A stretch of 64,000 bases of DNA from Polyangiaceae bacterium (GTDB lineage: Bacteria > Myxococcota_A > Polyangia > Polyangiales > Polyangiaceae): assembly GCA_044376115.1 (NCBI GenBank), contig JBILLK010000001.1, positions 224,001-288,000 of the forward strand, read 5' to 3'. A model generated the notes under the pieces. That model did no database searches. It was not told the origin of the DNA and saw only the letters and a list, made by a program, of their open reading frames with translations. A program made the translations under genes and the position numbers. Positions 18,628 to 28,039 of the stretch are shown here, piece after piece. Every line of letters begins with the position of its first letter. Positions within the stretch are counted from its first letter, which is position 1.

Positions 18628-20007
18628 ATGATACGGCTCGGACAGAAGCCCGATCAAGCAAAGGGCCAAAGCTTTGTCAGGAAGGCCCGAACGGGCCTTG
18701 GCTTTGCGTGCGTTTTGTTGCTTGGAACGCTGAGCAAACGTGCCGGTGCCGACGGAGACGCGCCAACATTGTCAGGTACTTGGAGCGCAACGCCGCTTCG
18801 AGAGAGCTGGAGCACCTCCGAATGGGGCGACGCTTGTGGGCCCAAGCCCAGCGGGAGTGGAGCACCCGGGGGAGCGGTGTCAATCACCGAAACCGGGTCT
18901 GAGCTGTTGATCCAAGGAGCTGGGAGTGCGTTCTCGACGGCGAATTGTTTGGACCCGATGCCTGGGCTCAAGCGATCGAGCCATTCGGCCTCGAAGCGCG
19001 GGTGGTCGTCCACCTGCGTCAGCCCCGCAGGTGATCCGCGACGAGTCACCGTTCAAACGCGCATCTCAGCCACCGACGATACGATCGTGCTCTCGGAAAC
19101 GGGGGTCTACGAATTCGCGATCAAAGACACGGTTTGCAAGGCCAGCGTGGCGCGCTCGCGGTCCTTCAAGTTGAGCGAGCGAGCGGGCGTCAAAGCGGTT
19201 CCTACGGCGACGCCAACGACGGAGCCAACGGCCGCACCTGCAGTGCCCACGGCCCAGCCGTCGGCCAAACCCGAAGACCCAACACCACCACCGTCGGAGT
19301 GCGATCCCGACGGGACGCCTGCTCGCTTCGAGCTACGTCCCTCGCGCAAGTTGCTTCGACCGGGAGACACCTTCGCGTTTCGAACGTCAAGCTTTGACGC
19401 GCGGGGCTGTTCGCTCCGCTCCGCGATGGAGCTGACGCTCGAGGGACCGCCGGAACTGCTGGCCAAAGTGAAGGTCAAGGGCTCGACCTTGGAGGTCGAT
19501 CGCGACGCTCCCGCGGGCACGGTAACGATCGTCGCCTCATTGTCCGGAGAGACGATCAAAGCGACCGCCGAGATCACTCCGATTGGAAGCTACGACGCCT
19601 TGCTGCGCGCACGCGGCCTCGATGCCAGCGGGGAGGATGATCGGCCGCAGACCGCCGTGCTCGCCGGCGGCGTTGGTAGCAAAACGCAGACGGCCAGTTC
19701 GCAAGACCGACCGAACCGCATTGCGCTGATCGCCGCAGCCGTTGGCGTAGCCTTTGTCTTGGCTTTCGTTGCGTTGGTGCTCTTGCGGCGAGGAAAGCGC
19801 CAAACATCGTCTGTCGTTGAAGAGTCGGCGCCGCCGCCCGCGGTCGAGTTCTTTGAGGTGGCTCCTGCGTCGGAGCCTGTTGTCGCAGCGGCCCCGCTCG
19901 CGAGGCCCGCGCCGGGAATGGTTTGCCCCAGCTGCGGCGAACTCTACCCGAAGGGCACCGCATTCTGCGGCGGCGACGGCACTGAACTCATGCCTGTGAA
20001 CGGCTGA
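18628..20007 (+). CDS. Hypothetical membrane protein with C-terminal zinc ribbon
   Basis: Signal peptide, two beta-rich domains joined by a Pro/Thr linker, TM helix with RRGKR stop-transfer, terminal CPSC...FCGGDGTEL. Start uncertain. Confidence 0.8.
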   Translation: MIRLGQKPDQAKGQSFVRKARTGLGFACVLLLGTLSKRAGADGDAPTLSGTWSATPLRESWSTSEWGDACGPKPSGSGAPGGAVSITETGSELLIQGAGSAFSTANCLDPMPGLKRSSHSASKRGWSSTCVSPAGDPRRVTVQTRISATDDTIVLSETGVYEFAIKDTVCKASVARSRSFKLSERAGVKAVPTATPTTEPTAAPAVPTAQPSAKPEDPTPPPSECDPDGTPARFELRPSRKLLRPGDTFAFRTSSFDARGCSLRSAMELTLEGPPELLAKVKVKGSTLEVDRDAPAGTVTIVASLSGETIKATAEITPIGSYDALLRARGLDASGEDDRPQTAVLAGGVGSKTQTASSQDRPNRIALIAAAVGVAFVLAFVALVLLRRGKRQTSSVVEESAPPPAVEFFEVAPASEPVVAAAPLARPAPGMVCPSCGELYPKGTAFCGGDGTELMPVNG

Positions 20008-20059
20008 GCGCCGGGATCGTCGGATTGCCTATCGTGGGCTCTCGCATCCCGGCGCGAAG

Positions 20060-20791
20060 TTGACTACGAATGAGGTCGTGAGCACCTCCAATACTTCCTG
20101 GGTTTTCGCGCTAGCAATCTTAGCGTCGGCGGCTTGTTCCGACGACGGGTCGACGTCGGGCGGAGGTGGCTCGGGTGCGAGCACCTCGACCACCGGTGGC
20201 GGTGGGAGCACCGGAACGGCTGGCGCAACGTCGAGCGGTGGCGGTGGAAGTGGCGGCGCTGGTGGTACGGCCTCGACCAGCGGAGGTGGTGGCGCTGGCG
20301 GTGAGGGCGGCAGCATCATGGTGACGTGCACGAACGATCCGGCTGATTCGGCCTGCATCTTGTGCGCGAAGGACAGTTGTTGCGCAGAGACAACCGCTTG
20401 CCTCGAGGACGCTTCGTGCGCGGCTTGCGTGTCCTGCATCGACACCGCCGCCGACCCGACGACCTGCCTCAACAGCTGCGACCTCAGCGCGCCGACGACA
20501 GCAGCCGTCTACGACTGCGCCTCGGCCAATTGCCAAGCGGACTGCTTCGCCGGCGCCGACGCCTGCGCACCGTCCGCGTCCGACGACGCTTGCACGAGCT
20601 GCGCGAAGGAATCGTGTTGCGACGCTGTCACAGCTTGTCAGGCCTCGGCCCAGTGCATCGCGTGCCTTCAGTGCGTCGGGACCGCCATGAGTCCGACCGA
20701 CTGCTTGGGCAACGGCTGCTCGCTCAGTGATTCTGCGACCACTCAGCTTTTGGGATGTGTGCAGCAGTCTTGCACGGTCTGTTTGAAGTAG
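20060..20791 (+). CDS. Cys-rich lipoprotein with Gly/Ser tether and two 14-Cys modules
   Basis: Lipobox SAA-C; Gly-rich linker; duplicated domain of about 73 aa. Start uncertain. Confidence 0.8.
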   Translation: MTTNEVVSTSNTSWVFALAILASAACSDDGSTSGGGGSGASTSTTGGGGSTGTAGATSSGGGGSGGAGGTASTSGGGGAGGEGGSIMVTCTNDPADSACILCAKDSCCAETTACLEDASCAACVSCIDTAADPTTCLNSCDLSAPTTAAVYDCASANCQADCFAGADACAPSASDDACTSCAKESCCDAVTACQASAQCIACLQCVGTAMSPTDCLGNGCSLSDSATTQLLGCVQQSCTVCLK

Positions 20792-20803
20792 CTCGGAGGA
20801 CTC

Positions 20804-22081
20804 TTGGAGCCGATCCGTCGTCGCAGAATTGCTTCTCCGCAGCTTGAGCTGCCGAACGTCGCCGCTGGCGAGCCCATTGATTCGACGCAAGCCGAGCCCG
20901 TAAGCACAACGGAGAACGTGGATGACGGTTGGGACGTCCCGCCGACACAGCAAGCCGCTCAAGATGCAACCAGCTCTGTTTCCACCACCCAAACCGAGAG
21001 TGGGGTGGTGGAGACAGTCGCTCCGCCAGCTGAACCAGCGGATGTTGCAGCCGACGCTCCAAAAGTAGCGGACGCAGAGGACCAAGCCGCGCCGTCGCTC
21101 GCTCCGAGCAGCAACGAGCCGGCGGAGGACATTCGAGCAACCGTGCAGAGCGCCTCCGGCTCGGCCACTTCGGCCCCGCGTCGTCACGACATGCGAGCCC
21201 CTCGTGTTCGGCGCTCGACGCGGGAATCGGAGCTCTTCCGTCAGCCCGCCGCACCAGTCGAGCGACCCCAGCAAGAGCCAGCGAATGAGCCATCTGCACC
21301 GCGTGCAGAAGCCCGTGAACGCAGGCCGGATCTTCGCGAACGCAGGCCCGATCTTCGCGAACGCAGGCCTGATCTTCGCGAACGCAGGCCCGACCTACGT
21401 GAGCCCCGGCGGCCCGACCGTCGCGACAGCTCGGATCTGCTGGGCCCACGTCGACCGGACCGTCGCGACAGCTCGGACCTGCTGGGCCCCCGTCGGCCGG
21501 ATCGCGCGGCGCGCAACGTGGTCGAAGACAGCGAGCCCGCTCGGCCGGTAGTCGCAGCGCCGCCCGTCGCAGCGAAGCCCAAGCCGAAGGTCGTTCCAGC
21601 TCCCGTGGCCAAGGTTGAACCCACCCCTGAGCCGGCGGCCCCCAGCCTCGCGGAGGAGCTGCGAGTTTTCGGCGCCAAGCCGGTGACCGAACGCCAGACG
21701 GCTCAAAAAGCTGAGAAGCCGCGCACTGCCAAAGACGCCATGCGCGAACGCGCGCGAGCCAACCAAGAGGCGCGCAGCGTCAAGGCGCCCAAGACGTTGC
21801 GCTCGGGTGAGCTCGAGAAGCGCGAGGCTACGGCCGCCAAGCCAGCCTCCTCGACGACGGAGGCCAAGGCCGCGGTCAAGACCGCGGTTCCCGGCAAAGC
21901 CGCAGCCAAGGAGGAGAGCGCCGCAGAGGTTTCAACGGCGAAGCCGAGCAAGCACGCAAAGGCCAAAGCCAAAGCGCTGCGCAAGCGTGAGGCCAAGCCT
22001 GAGGTCGAGGCCGAGGAGGAGGATCTCGTGATCGCCAAACCGGGCTTCTGGGCACGCGTAAAAAGCTTCTTTACCGGCTGA
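20804..22081 (+). CDS. Low-complexity, probably disordered protein with Arg/Asp repeats and a C-terminal amphipathic helix
   Basis: 425 aa; repeat units differ only at synonymous positions in this frame; ends KPGFWARVKSFFTG. Confidence 0.75.
   Translation: MEPIRRRRIASPQLELPNVAAGEPIDSTQAEPVSTTENVDDGWDVPPTQQAAQDATSSVSTTQTESGVVETVAPPAEPADVAADAPKVADAEDQAAPSLAPSSNEPAEDIRATVQSASGSATSAPRRHDMRAPRVRRSTRESELFRQPAAPVERPQQEPANEPSAPRAEARERRPDLRERRPDLRERRPDLRERRPDLREPRRPDRRDSSDLLGPRRPDRRDSSDLLGPRRPDRAARNVVEDSEPARPVVAAPPVAAKPKPKVVPAPVAKVEPTPEPAAPSLAEELRVFGAKPVTERQTAQKAEKPRTAKDAMRERARANQEARSVKAPKTLRSGELEKREATAAKPASSTTEAKAAVKTAVPGKAAAKEESAAEVSTAKPSKHAKAKAKALRKREAKPEVEAEEEDLVIAKPGFWARVKSFFTG
21314..21505 (+). 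repeat. Coding tandem repeats: 21 bp x4 (RERRPDL), then 42 bp x2 plus a partial unit (PRRPDRRDSSDLLG)
   Basis: Units at 21314, 21335, 21356 and 21377; then 21404, 21446 and 21488 (partial). Confidence 0.93.
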
Positions 22082-22095
22082 TCGCAGTCGCTGCC

Positions 22096-22965
22096 TCAGC
22101 CGACTCGACGCACTTCCCCAGCCTCATCGAGCAGCGCTACCTCCTGCTCGAAATCAGCAACTCGGTAGCCCTCCCCTTGCGCCACGACCCGCATCAACAC
22201 TTTGCCCTCCGGCGAGGCGTCGATGCGGAAGTGTTTCACCCTACCCGCCTCCACCTCTTGAACGAACGCCTTGCGCGCGCGGCCACGTGCCAGCGCCGAG
22301 CCCAACGCAGTTCCAGAGCAAGCCAGCGCCGCGACCGCGAGCATCAGGATGAAGACGTGGTCCACCAACGACGGCTTGAGCAGCACAGCCTGAGCGTTCG
22401 CGAACGTCATCATCTGGTTCAACAGCGCCCCGACGGCCACCACGACAGCAGCAGCGCCCACCAACGCTTCTCCACGCTCACGACCCGCTAGCCCCTTCTC
22501 AGCCAGCTTGCGTGCGCCGGTGATAGGTACGCCGAAGAAGAGAATGGTCAGCAGCAGCGCCGGGACCCAGATGATTGCACCGAAGGTCGCGCCAATGATC
22601 ATGCCTAGGCCGAAGCCCCACCCTCCGATGGACTCTTTGAGCATCAAGAAGCCGCAGGCGATGGCAGCGTTGAGCATGGCCAACGGAATCGAGAGCAGCC
22701 AACCCAGAGAGACCGGGTAACCAAAGATGGGGACTTTCTTCGGCTGACGCAGAAGCCACGCCCAAAAGGTTCCGATCAGCAGCGTTGGAATGCCTACGCT
22801 AAATGCGTTCGCTGGGAAGTAGTTCAGAAGCGTGGTCGTGGCCGCAGCGAGCGACAGCCCAGCCCCCGCAACGTTGAGCGTTTCCAGCAGCTGACGGTTC
22901 TTGAAAGCACCCGCAGGAAGCATCTCCCCAGGGTTAGCAGACAAAACGCCGAAAGGCCGGATCAC
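22096..22965 (-). CDS. Hypothetical multi-pass membrane protein
   Basis: About 6 hydrophobic segments; soluble C-terminal tail with a GYR motif. Start uncertain. Confidence 0.75.
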   Translation of the reverse strand: MIRPFGVLSANPGEMLPAGAFKNRQLLETLNVAGAGLSLAAATTTLLNYFPANAFSVGIPTLLIGTFWAWLLRQPKKVPIFGYPVSLGWLLSIPLAMLNAAIACGFLMLKESIGGWGFGLGMIIGATFGAIIWVPALLLTILFFGVPITGARKLAEKGLAGRERGEALVGAAAVVVAVGALLNQMMTFANAQAVLLKPSLVDHVFILMLAVAALACSGTALGSALARGRARKAFVQEVEAGRVKHFRIDASPEGKVLMRVVAQGEGYRVADFEQEVALLDEAGEVRRVG

Positions 22966-23000
22966 CGGCCTTTCAAGCGAGCATCCGTGGATGAGGGCGA

Positions 23001-23789
23001 TCAGGCCTTGCGACGACGTCGTGCTGCAACCGCACCGACTGCAGCGGCGACACCGAGCAACGCTGCGGGGTTGAAGTCGTTGTTGGTGCCACTGGTGGAG
23101 CAGCCGCCCACCGAAGCGCTGGCGCTGGCCTCAACCTCGAACTCGAGCTCGATCTCGAAGTTTGACACGAGGTACTCGACGCAGGCCGGGATGTCTTGAA
23201 TGGCGAGGTACTGTCCGTCGCAGAAGAGCGCGCCTTCGGGTGCGTCGCAATCGATCTCGCAGCCGCCCTTCAACTCGGCCGAGCAGCTGATGTTGCAGTC
23301 GAAGTTCGCGTTGGCATCGCAGGAGCCTTCGCAGCACAGGTCGCACTGGCCCTGGCAATCGAGCTCAGCGCTGCCTTGACAGCTCGACTCGCACTCGGTG
23401 GTGCACGAGCTGCCACAGTACTCCTGGCACTCAGTGTCACCAGCGTCGCACTGCGAAACGACCTGGGCCTCGCAGTCGGCCTCGCAGTTGGCTTCGCAAC
23501 TGAAGCTGGCGTTGGCCTCACACTCTGCTTGGCAGCCGCCGGTGCAGCTCCCGGTGCATTCAACGCTCACGTCGGCGTTGCACTGGCCGTCGCAAGCCGC
23601 GACGAACGAGAGTGGAACGCAGTTCGCCTTGCAGCCACCTTCAAACTCGAAGTGACACTCGCTCACCGATAGGAACTCGATGTTGCCACAGGGGTTGGTC
23701 GTGGTCTCTGCGAGCGCGGTGGACGCGAACAGCCCGCTGGCTCCAAGGACGGTGGCAGTCATGCAAGCGAGTTTCTTAAGAGTCTGCAT
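23001..23789 (-). CDS. Cys-rich secreted protein with MYXO-CTERM-type sorting signal
   Basis: AAGGAG RBS; signal peptide; CxxxC periodic repeats; C-terminal GGCS...hydrophobic helix...RRRRK. Confidence 0.88.
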   Translation of the reverse strand: MQTLKKLACMTATVLGASGLFASTALAETTTNPCGNIEFLSVSECHFEFEGGCKANCVPLSFVAACDGQCNADVSVECTGSCTGGCQAECEANASFSCEANCEADCEAQVVSQCDAGDTECQEYCGSSCTTECESSCQGSAELDCQGQCDLCCEGSCDANANFDCNISCSAELKGGCEIDCDAPEGALFCDGQYLAIQDIPACVEYLVSNFEIELEFEVEASASASVGGCSTSGTNNDFNPAALLGVAAAVGAVAARRRRKA

Positions 23790-23949
23790 TGTTGGTCTCC
23801 TTCACTGACGTTGTAACGGCTACTGGCAATCTTCGGATACGAGGCGCAAGAAGTCGACTTCCCAGCGACACCTTTGATTCACGACAAAATAGTGCTCGGC
23901 GTTGGAGGAGCCCAGCATCACTTCGGCACACCCTGTCGAACTGTGCCAA

Positions 23950-26328
23950 CTAGCTCCCCTGCCCGAGCCGTATGCGGACAAGCTTGGCCAATTCACGCCA
24001 AGCGCCGAGTCGGCCACCCTCGCGAACCGTCTTTCCAATCGCTGAGGTAGGTTCATTCACGACCGCCCAGGTCAGGTCCTGCGTCCGCGAAACATCCACG
24101 TGCGTCGTGCCCAACCGACGCGCGACCGAGAGCAAGTCCCCAAGCCGGCCGAGCTCGGTGTCCTCGAGCGGATTCGTTTCAAGCCGCGCCGACGTGCGAG
24201 AGAGCGCACTCGACAACTCGAAGGCGATCGAGTCGAAATCGATGCGGATGTTCTCGTTGCTGGCCTCGGCCAGGAGATTGCGTATCGCGCGCGCATCCGG
24301 TGGATCGCGGCGCAAGGCGCGCAGCAGGTCGGCCTCGAGCACGACGCGGGTCGCGGCAGAGAGCGCCCGCGGCGGACGAACGCCTGTACGCGAGAGCTCG
24401 GCCAGCAGCGTCGCGTTGCTCGTAAAGACGTGCCTGTACGCCGACTCGGCCTCACGCACGGCGTCCGCCAGGATCTCCTCGACCACGCCCGCGCGTTCAT
24501 CGAGCGGCAGTTGCTTGAGCCCGGTGATCGGGATCGGCAGGGCCCGAAGCTCAGTGCGCAATGCCTCGAGATCGTCGTTGAGAAAGAGAGCGCTCAATTT
24601 GGCGTTGGGCTGGTCCGCACACAGACCGCCGAGCACATGCGGCCCTCCCTCCGACAGCACCGCGAAGAAGAACCGCTGCGACTCTTGCAACACCTCATCT
24701 CGCACCGTGACCGCTCCTTCAGCGAAACGCAGTTCTTCCCTTCGCACAGAGGCGAATTCGCGATCGACCAACGAAAGGCCGGGGCATGGCAGCGCCTTGG
24801 TGCCGAAGGTCGAGCCCACGGCGAAGGTCAACGCATAGGCGGCTCGATCGACGCGCGAGGGTAGGACGGCATTGCGATACACGTCTGCAGCGCTCGCGCC
24901 GCGCCCATGCGGCCGCGCTAGCTCCAACCTTGCCTCGAACTCGGCGCTGATAGCGCGCCCTGTCAGCTCTTCATACAGCTCGATCGCGCGCGCGGCGTAA
25001 CGGAGAAGCTGCGTTGGCTCGAGCCCATCCACGTCATCGAAGAACCAACCGCAGCTCGTGTACATCAGCATGCGGTTGTGTTGCTGCTCGAGCGCGCGCA
25101 AGGCGCGGCTGCGGGAGGACTCTGGCCTTTGCTCGGCGGCAAGAAATGCGGCGCTGGCCTCAGGCCGACGATCGAGCAGCATCGCTATGTATTGATTGCG
25201 CGCTCGCCAAGGATCGAAAAAGACGTCGGTCATGCCCGCGAACAGCTCGTCGCTCAATTCGCGTAGCCAGTCGAAGGCCGCTCGCAGCGGCGCGCGCCAG
25301 GCCTGACTGCTGTCACCGCGCATGCGACAGCCGCAATCGTCCTTCCAGCGACTCACACCGTGGGCGCAACTCCAGGCGGTGTTCTCACGAATGCGTGCCT
25401 CGAAGGTGGGCGGAAACTCGGCGAGGAAGGCCGCATAGTTGGTGAGCTTGACGTCGGCGCTCTTGTTGATGCGATCGAGCGCATACGCGAGCGCCATCTC
25501 GCCGAAGCGATGGTGGTGCCCGTAGGTTTCACCGTCGGTCGCGATGTGAATCAGGTGAGGAGCGTCTTTGCGTGGAGCTCGCCCTTTCACGAGCCGCTCG
25601 GCGAAAGCTCCGCCGTTCGTCAGCAGCCGCTCGAACGCCACCGCTTGAGAGAGCGGACCATCGTAAAAAAAGACGACGATCGAGAGGCCGTCGCCCAAGT
25701 CGACGCGATACGGCATCGTGGTATCGAGGGTCGACTCGGTCACGGGAACATACGCGCTCCCCGCCGGCGTGAGCGGGCGCACGGCCTCGACCTGACGTGG
25801 TGCGAGCACCGTAAACAGCACGCCGGCTCGAGCCAACGCCCGCAGCGACTCGAGACAAACGGCCGTCTCGGCGAGCCACATGCCCTCCGCTTTGCGCTGA
25901 AAGCGAGCCTGAAAATCCGCCATACCCCAAAGCGCCTGGGTCTCGCGATCGCGGGCGGAAGCCAGCGGCATGATCATGTGGCTGTACACCTGCGCCATCG
26001 CCGAGCCGTGCCCGAGCACACGCACGCTCTCACGATCGGCTTCGAGGATGGCTTGGTACGAACGTGGCGAGTGAGCCTGCAACCAGGACATCAGGGTCGG
26101 TCCCATGTTGAAGCTGATGCGCGCGTAGTTGTTGACGATGGCGGCTACGTTCTCTTCGGCATCGAGCATGCGGGCGCGCGCGTTCGCGCCGTAACACTCC
26201 GAGTCGATGCGCGCGTTCCAATCGTGAAATGGGTGCGCCGAGTCCTGCCGCTCGATCCGCTGCAGCCACGGGTTCTCGCGGGGCGGCTGGTAGAAATGGC
26301 CATGGATGCAGAGATGTTTGGTCGCCAC
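23950..26328 (-). CDS. Glycoside hydrolase family 57 / DUF3536 protein
   Basis: IHGHFYQPPRENPW, SFNMGPTL, GMWLAETA, IATDGETYGHH, WSCAHGVSRW and MYTSCGWFFDD motifs. Start placed at GTG 26328, which avoids overlap with the divergent gene. Confidence 0.92.
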   Translation of the reverse strand: MATKHLCIHGHFYQPPRENPWLQRIERQDSAHPFHDWNARIDSECYGANARARMLDAEENVAAIVNNYARISFNMGPTLMSWLQAHSPRSYQAILEADRESVRVLGHGSAMAQVYSHMIMPLASARDRETQALWGMADFQARFQRKAEGMWLAETAVCLESLRALARAGVLFTVLAPRQVEAVRPLTPAGSAYVPVTESTLDTTMPYRVDLGDGLSIVVFFYDGPLSQAVAFERLLTNGGAFAERLVKGRAPRKDAPHLIHIATDGETYGHHHRFGEMALAYALDRINKSADVKLTNYAAFLAEFPPTFEARIRENTAWSCAHGVSRWKDDCGCRMRGDSSQAWRAPLRAAFDWLRELSDELFAGMTDVFFDPWRARNQYIAMLLDRRPEASAAFLAAEQRPESSRSRALRALEQQHNRMLMYTSCGWFFDDVDGLEPTQLLRYAARAIELYEELTGRAISAEFEARLELARPHGRGASAADVYRNAVLPSRVDRAAYALTFAVGSTFGTKALPCPGLSLVDREFASVRREELRFAEGAVTVRDEVLQESQRFFFAVLSEGGPHVLGGLCADQPNAKLSALFLNDDLEALRTELRALPIPITGLKQLPLDERAGVVEEILADAVREAESAYRHVFTSNATLLAELSRTGVRPPRALSAATRVVLEADLLRALRRDPPDARAIRNLLAEASNENIRIDFDSIAFELSSALSRTSARLETNPLEDTELGRLGDLLSVARRLGTTHVDVSRTQDLTWAVVNEPTSAIGKTVREGGRLGAWRELAKLVRIRLGQGS

Positions 26329-26405
26329 GGGGTGCAGCGTAGCCCAAGCCGGTGCCTCCTCATCGCGTCGTTCTCTCGACGCAGGGACGCGGCTAAGCTG
26401 CGCCG

Positions 26406-26930
26406 ATGCAACGAGCATTGGTCGGACTTCTAGGCTTGTTATCGGCGTGTGGCGCACCCGCTGCAATCATCGGAGGGCCGTTCCCGGGCGATCCGGAGAA
26501 CTTCAGCTACGACCTCGAGGGCACGAAGGTCACGCTGCAAAAGGGCACGAACGAGGTGCGAACGGGTGACAAGCCGGACGATTTGATCGCGACCGATCTC
26601 ACCGGGCATCGGCTGGACGCCGATCTCGACGGCGACAAGAGCACCGACCGCGCAGTCGTACTGACGCGCGACGACGGGCCACTCAAGCTTCACTACCTCG
26701 TGGTGCTGCGCAATCCGGGTGGCGACGTGGTGGCAACCGAGGCGGTGCGGCTGGGCAAGAACGTGCTCGTGGAAAAACTCGAGCTCGATCCCAAGGGCAA
26801 GGGCTTCGTCGTCGAGCTCTTGGGCCGTGATGCCGAGGCCCCCGAAGACCTCCCGCCCTCAGTCAAGCAGACCCGCCGCTTCCAGGTTCTGGACGGCAAG
26901 CTTACCTCGCTCGATCCGCCGAAGCAGTAG
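26406..26930 (+). CDS. Hypothetical lipoprotein
   Basis: Lipobox LSA-C; contains a DLDGDK Ca-binding-like motif. Confidence 0.75.
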   Translation: MQRALVGLLGLLSACGAPAAIIGGPFPGDPENFSYDLEGTKVTLQKGTNEVRTGDKPDDLIATDLTGHRLDADLDGDKSTDRAVVLTRDDGPLKLHYLVVLRNPGGDVVATEAVRLGKNVLVEKLELDPKGKGFVVELLGRDAEAPEDLPPSVKQTRRFQVLDGKLTSLDPPKQ

Positions 26931-26931
26931 C

Positions 26932-27930
26932 TCAGGCGGCCGCGGCCAGGCGCGTGCGCTCCTCTTCGAGGATCTGCAGGCACTCGGCGAGCGAGTCGCT
27001 GAATAGCAGCCGTTTGCGAATCGAGGCGGCGCCGGGGAGCCCGCGCAAATAGCCGGTGAGGTGCCGCCTCGTCACACGCACGCCGTACGGCTCACCCCGC
27101 GCACCAACGTTGGCGATCAGATGATCGCGACAAAGGTCGAAGCGTTCATCGAAGCTGGGCGCCGGGCGCACGATTCCGCGATCCAAAAGATCGCGGCACT
27201 CGTCGAACACCCACGGATGATCGATCGCTGCGCGGCCGATCATCACACCTTCGCAGCCGGTCTCATCGAGCGCGCGCTTGGCGTCCTCCGCGGTTTTGAT
27301 GTCGCCGTTGACGATCACCGGGATCTTCAGCTGCGCTTTGGCCTTTGCCGCGTAGGTCCAATCAGCGTTTCCGGAGTGGCCCATCTGCGCGGTGCGACAG
27401 TGAATGGTGAGCGCGCGCACCCCAGCGTCCTCGAGGCGCTTGGCCAGCTCAACGATCGGCATCTCCGACTCGGGCCCGTAGCCGATGCGAGTTTTCACCG
27501 TGACCGGTAGCTTGACCGTACCGACGATCAGCTTGGCCATCGCGACCATCGCCGCCGGATCACGCAACCAACCTGCACCCGCGCCGCGCCCTGCGATCTT
27601 CGGCACCCAGCAGCCGCAGTTGATATCGATGAACGAGGGATTGGCCGCTTCTGCGACGCGAGCAGCCTCCGCCAAACGCTCCGGATCCGAGCCGTAGATC
27701 TGGATCGCCGTCGGCGTGTCTTCCGCGCCGAGGGTGATCTTGCGTTTGGCGGTCTTACAGCCGCGCAGCAGGCCCTCTGCGTTGACGAACTCAGTCACAC
27801 AAAGGCCCGCACCATGTTCGCGACAAAGCTTGCGAAAGACCTCGTCGGACACGTCCTCCATCGGAGCCAGGATCACGGGCCGCCCTTGGAAGAGCTGCTC
27901 AAACGTCGGCGGTGCTTTCGGCGAATCCAT
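26932..27930 (-). CDS. dusB: tRNA-dihydrouridine synthase
   Basis: LAPMEDVSD, QIYGSDP, IDINCGC, VTVKTRIG, TIHCRT, NGDI and MIGRAA motifs. Confidence 0.93.
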   Translation of the reverse strand: MDSPKAPPTFEQLFQGRPVILAPMEDVSDEVFRKLCREHGAGLCVTEFVNAEGLLRGCKTAKRKITLGAEDTPTAIQIYGSDPERLAEAARVAEAANPSFIDINCGCWVPKIAGRGAGAGWLRDPAAMVAMAKLIVGTVKLPVTVKTRIGYGPESEMPIVELAKRLEDAGVRALTIHCRTAQMGHSGNADWTYAAKAKAQLKIPVIVNGDIKTAEDAKRALDETGCEGVMIGRAAIDHPWVFDECRDLLDRGIVRPAPSFDERFDLCRDHLIANVGARGEPYGVRVTRRHLTGYLRGLPGAASIRKRLLFSDSLAECLQILEEERTRLAAAA

Positions 27931-27999
27931 AGAATCTCGAGCGGAGGCCTATGTGGGTAAATGGGCTCGGCGTCAAACGCAGCGGGGAGCGTCAAATTG

Positions 28000-28028
28000 T
28001 CGACACTTCGGTGTCATTCGTGTAAGAC
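28000..28028 (+). promoter_or_regulatory. Putative sigma70-type promoter overlapped by a palindrome
   Basis: TCGACA-N17-TAAGAC with TG in the spacer end; GACAC-TTCG-GTGTC inverted repeat at 28002-28015. Confidence 0.4.
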
Positions 28029-28039
28029 GCCTGACCCAG

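Noticed and set aside
21314..21505. CRISPR array or iterons
   Set aside because: No spacers, and variation is confined to synonymous codon positions, so these are protein repeats.
26329..26466. N-terminal extension of the GH57 ORF as given in the track
   Set aside because: It overlaps the divergent lipoprotein gene, and family similarity begins at the GTG at 26328.
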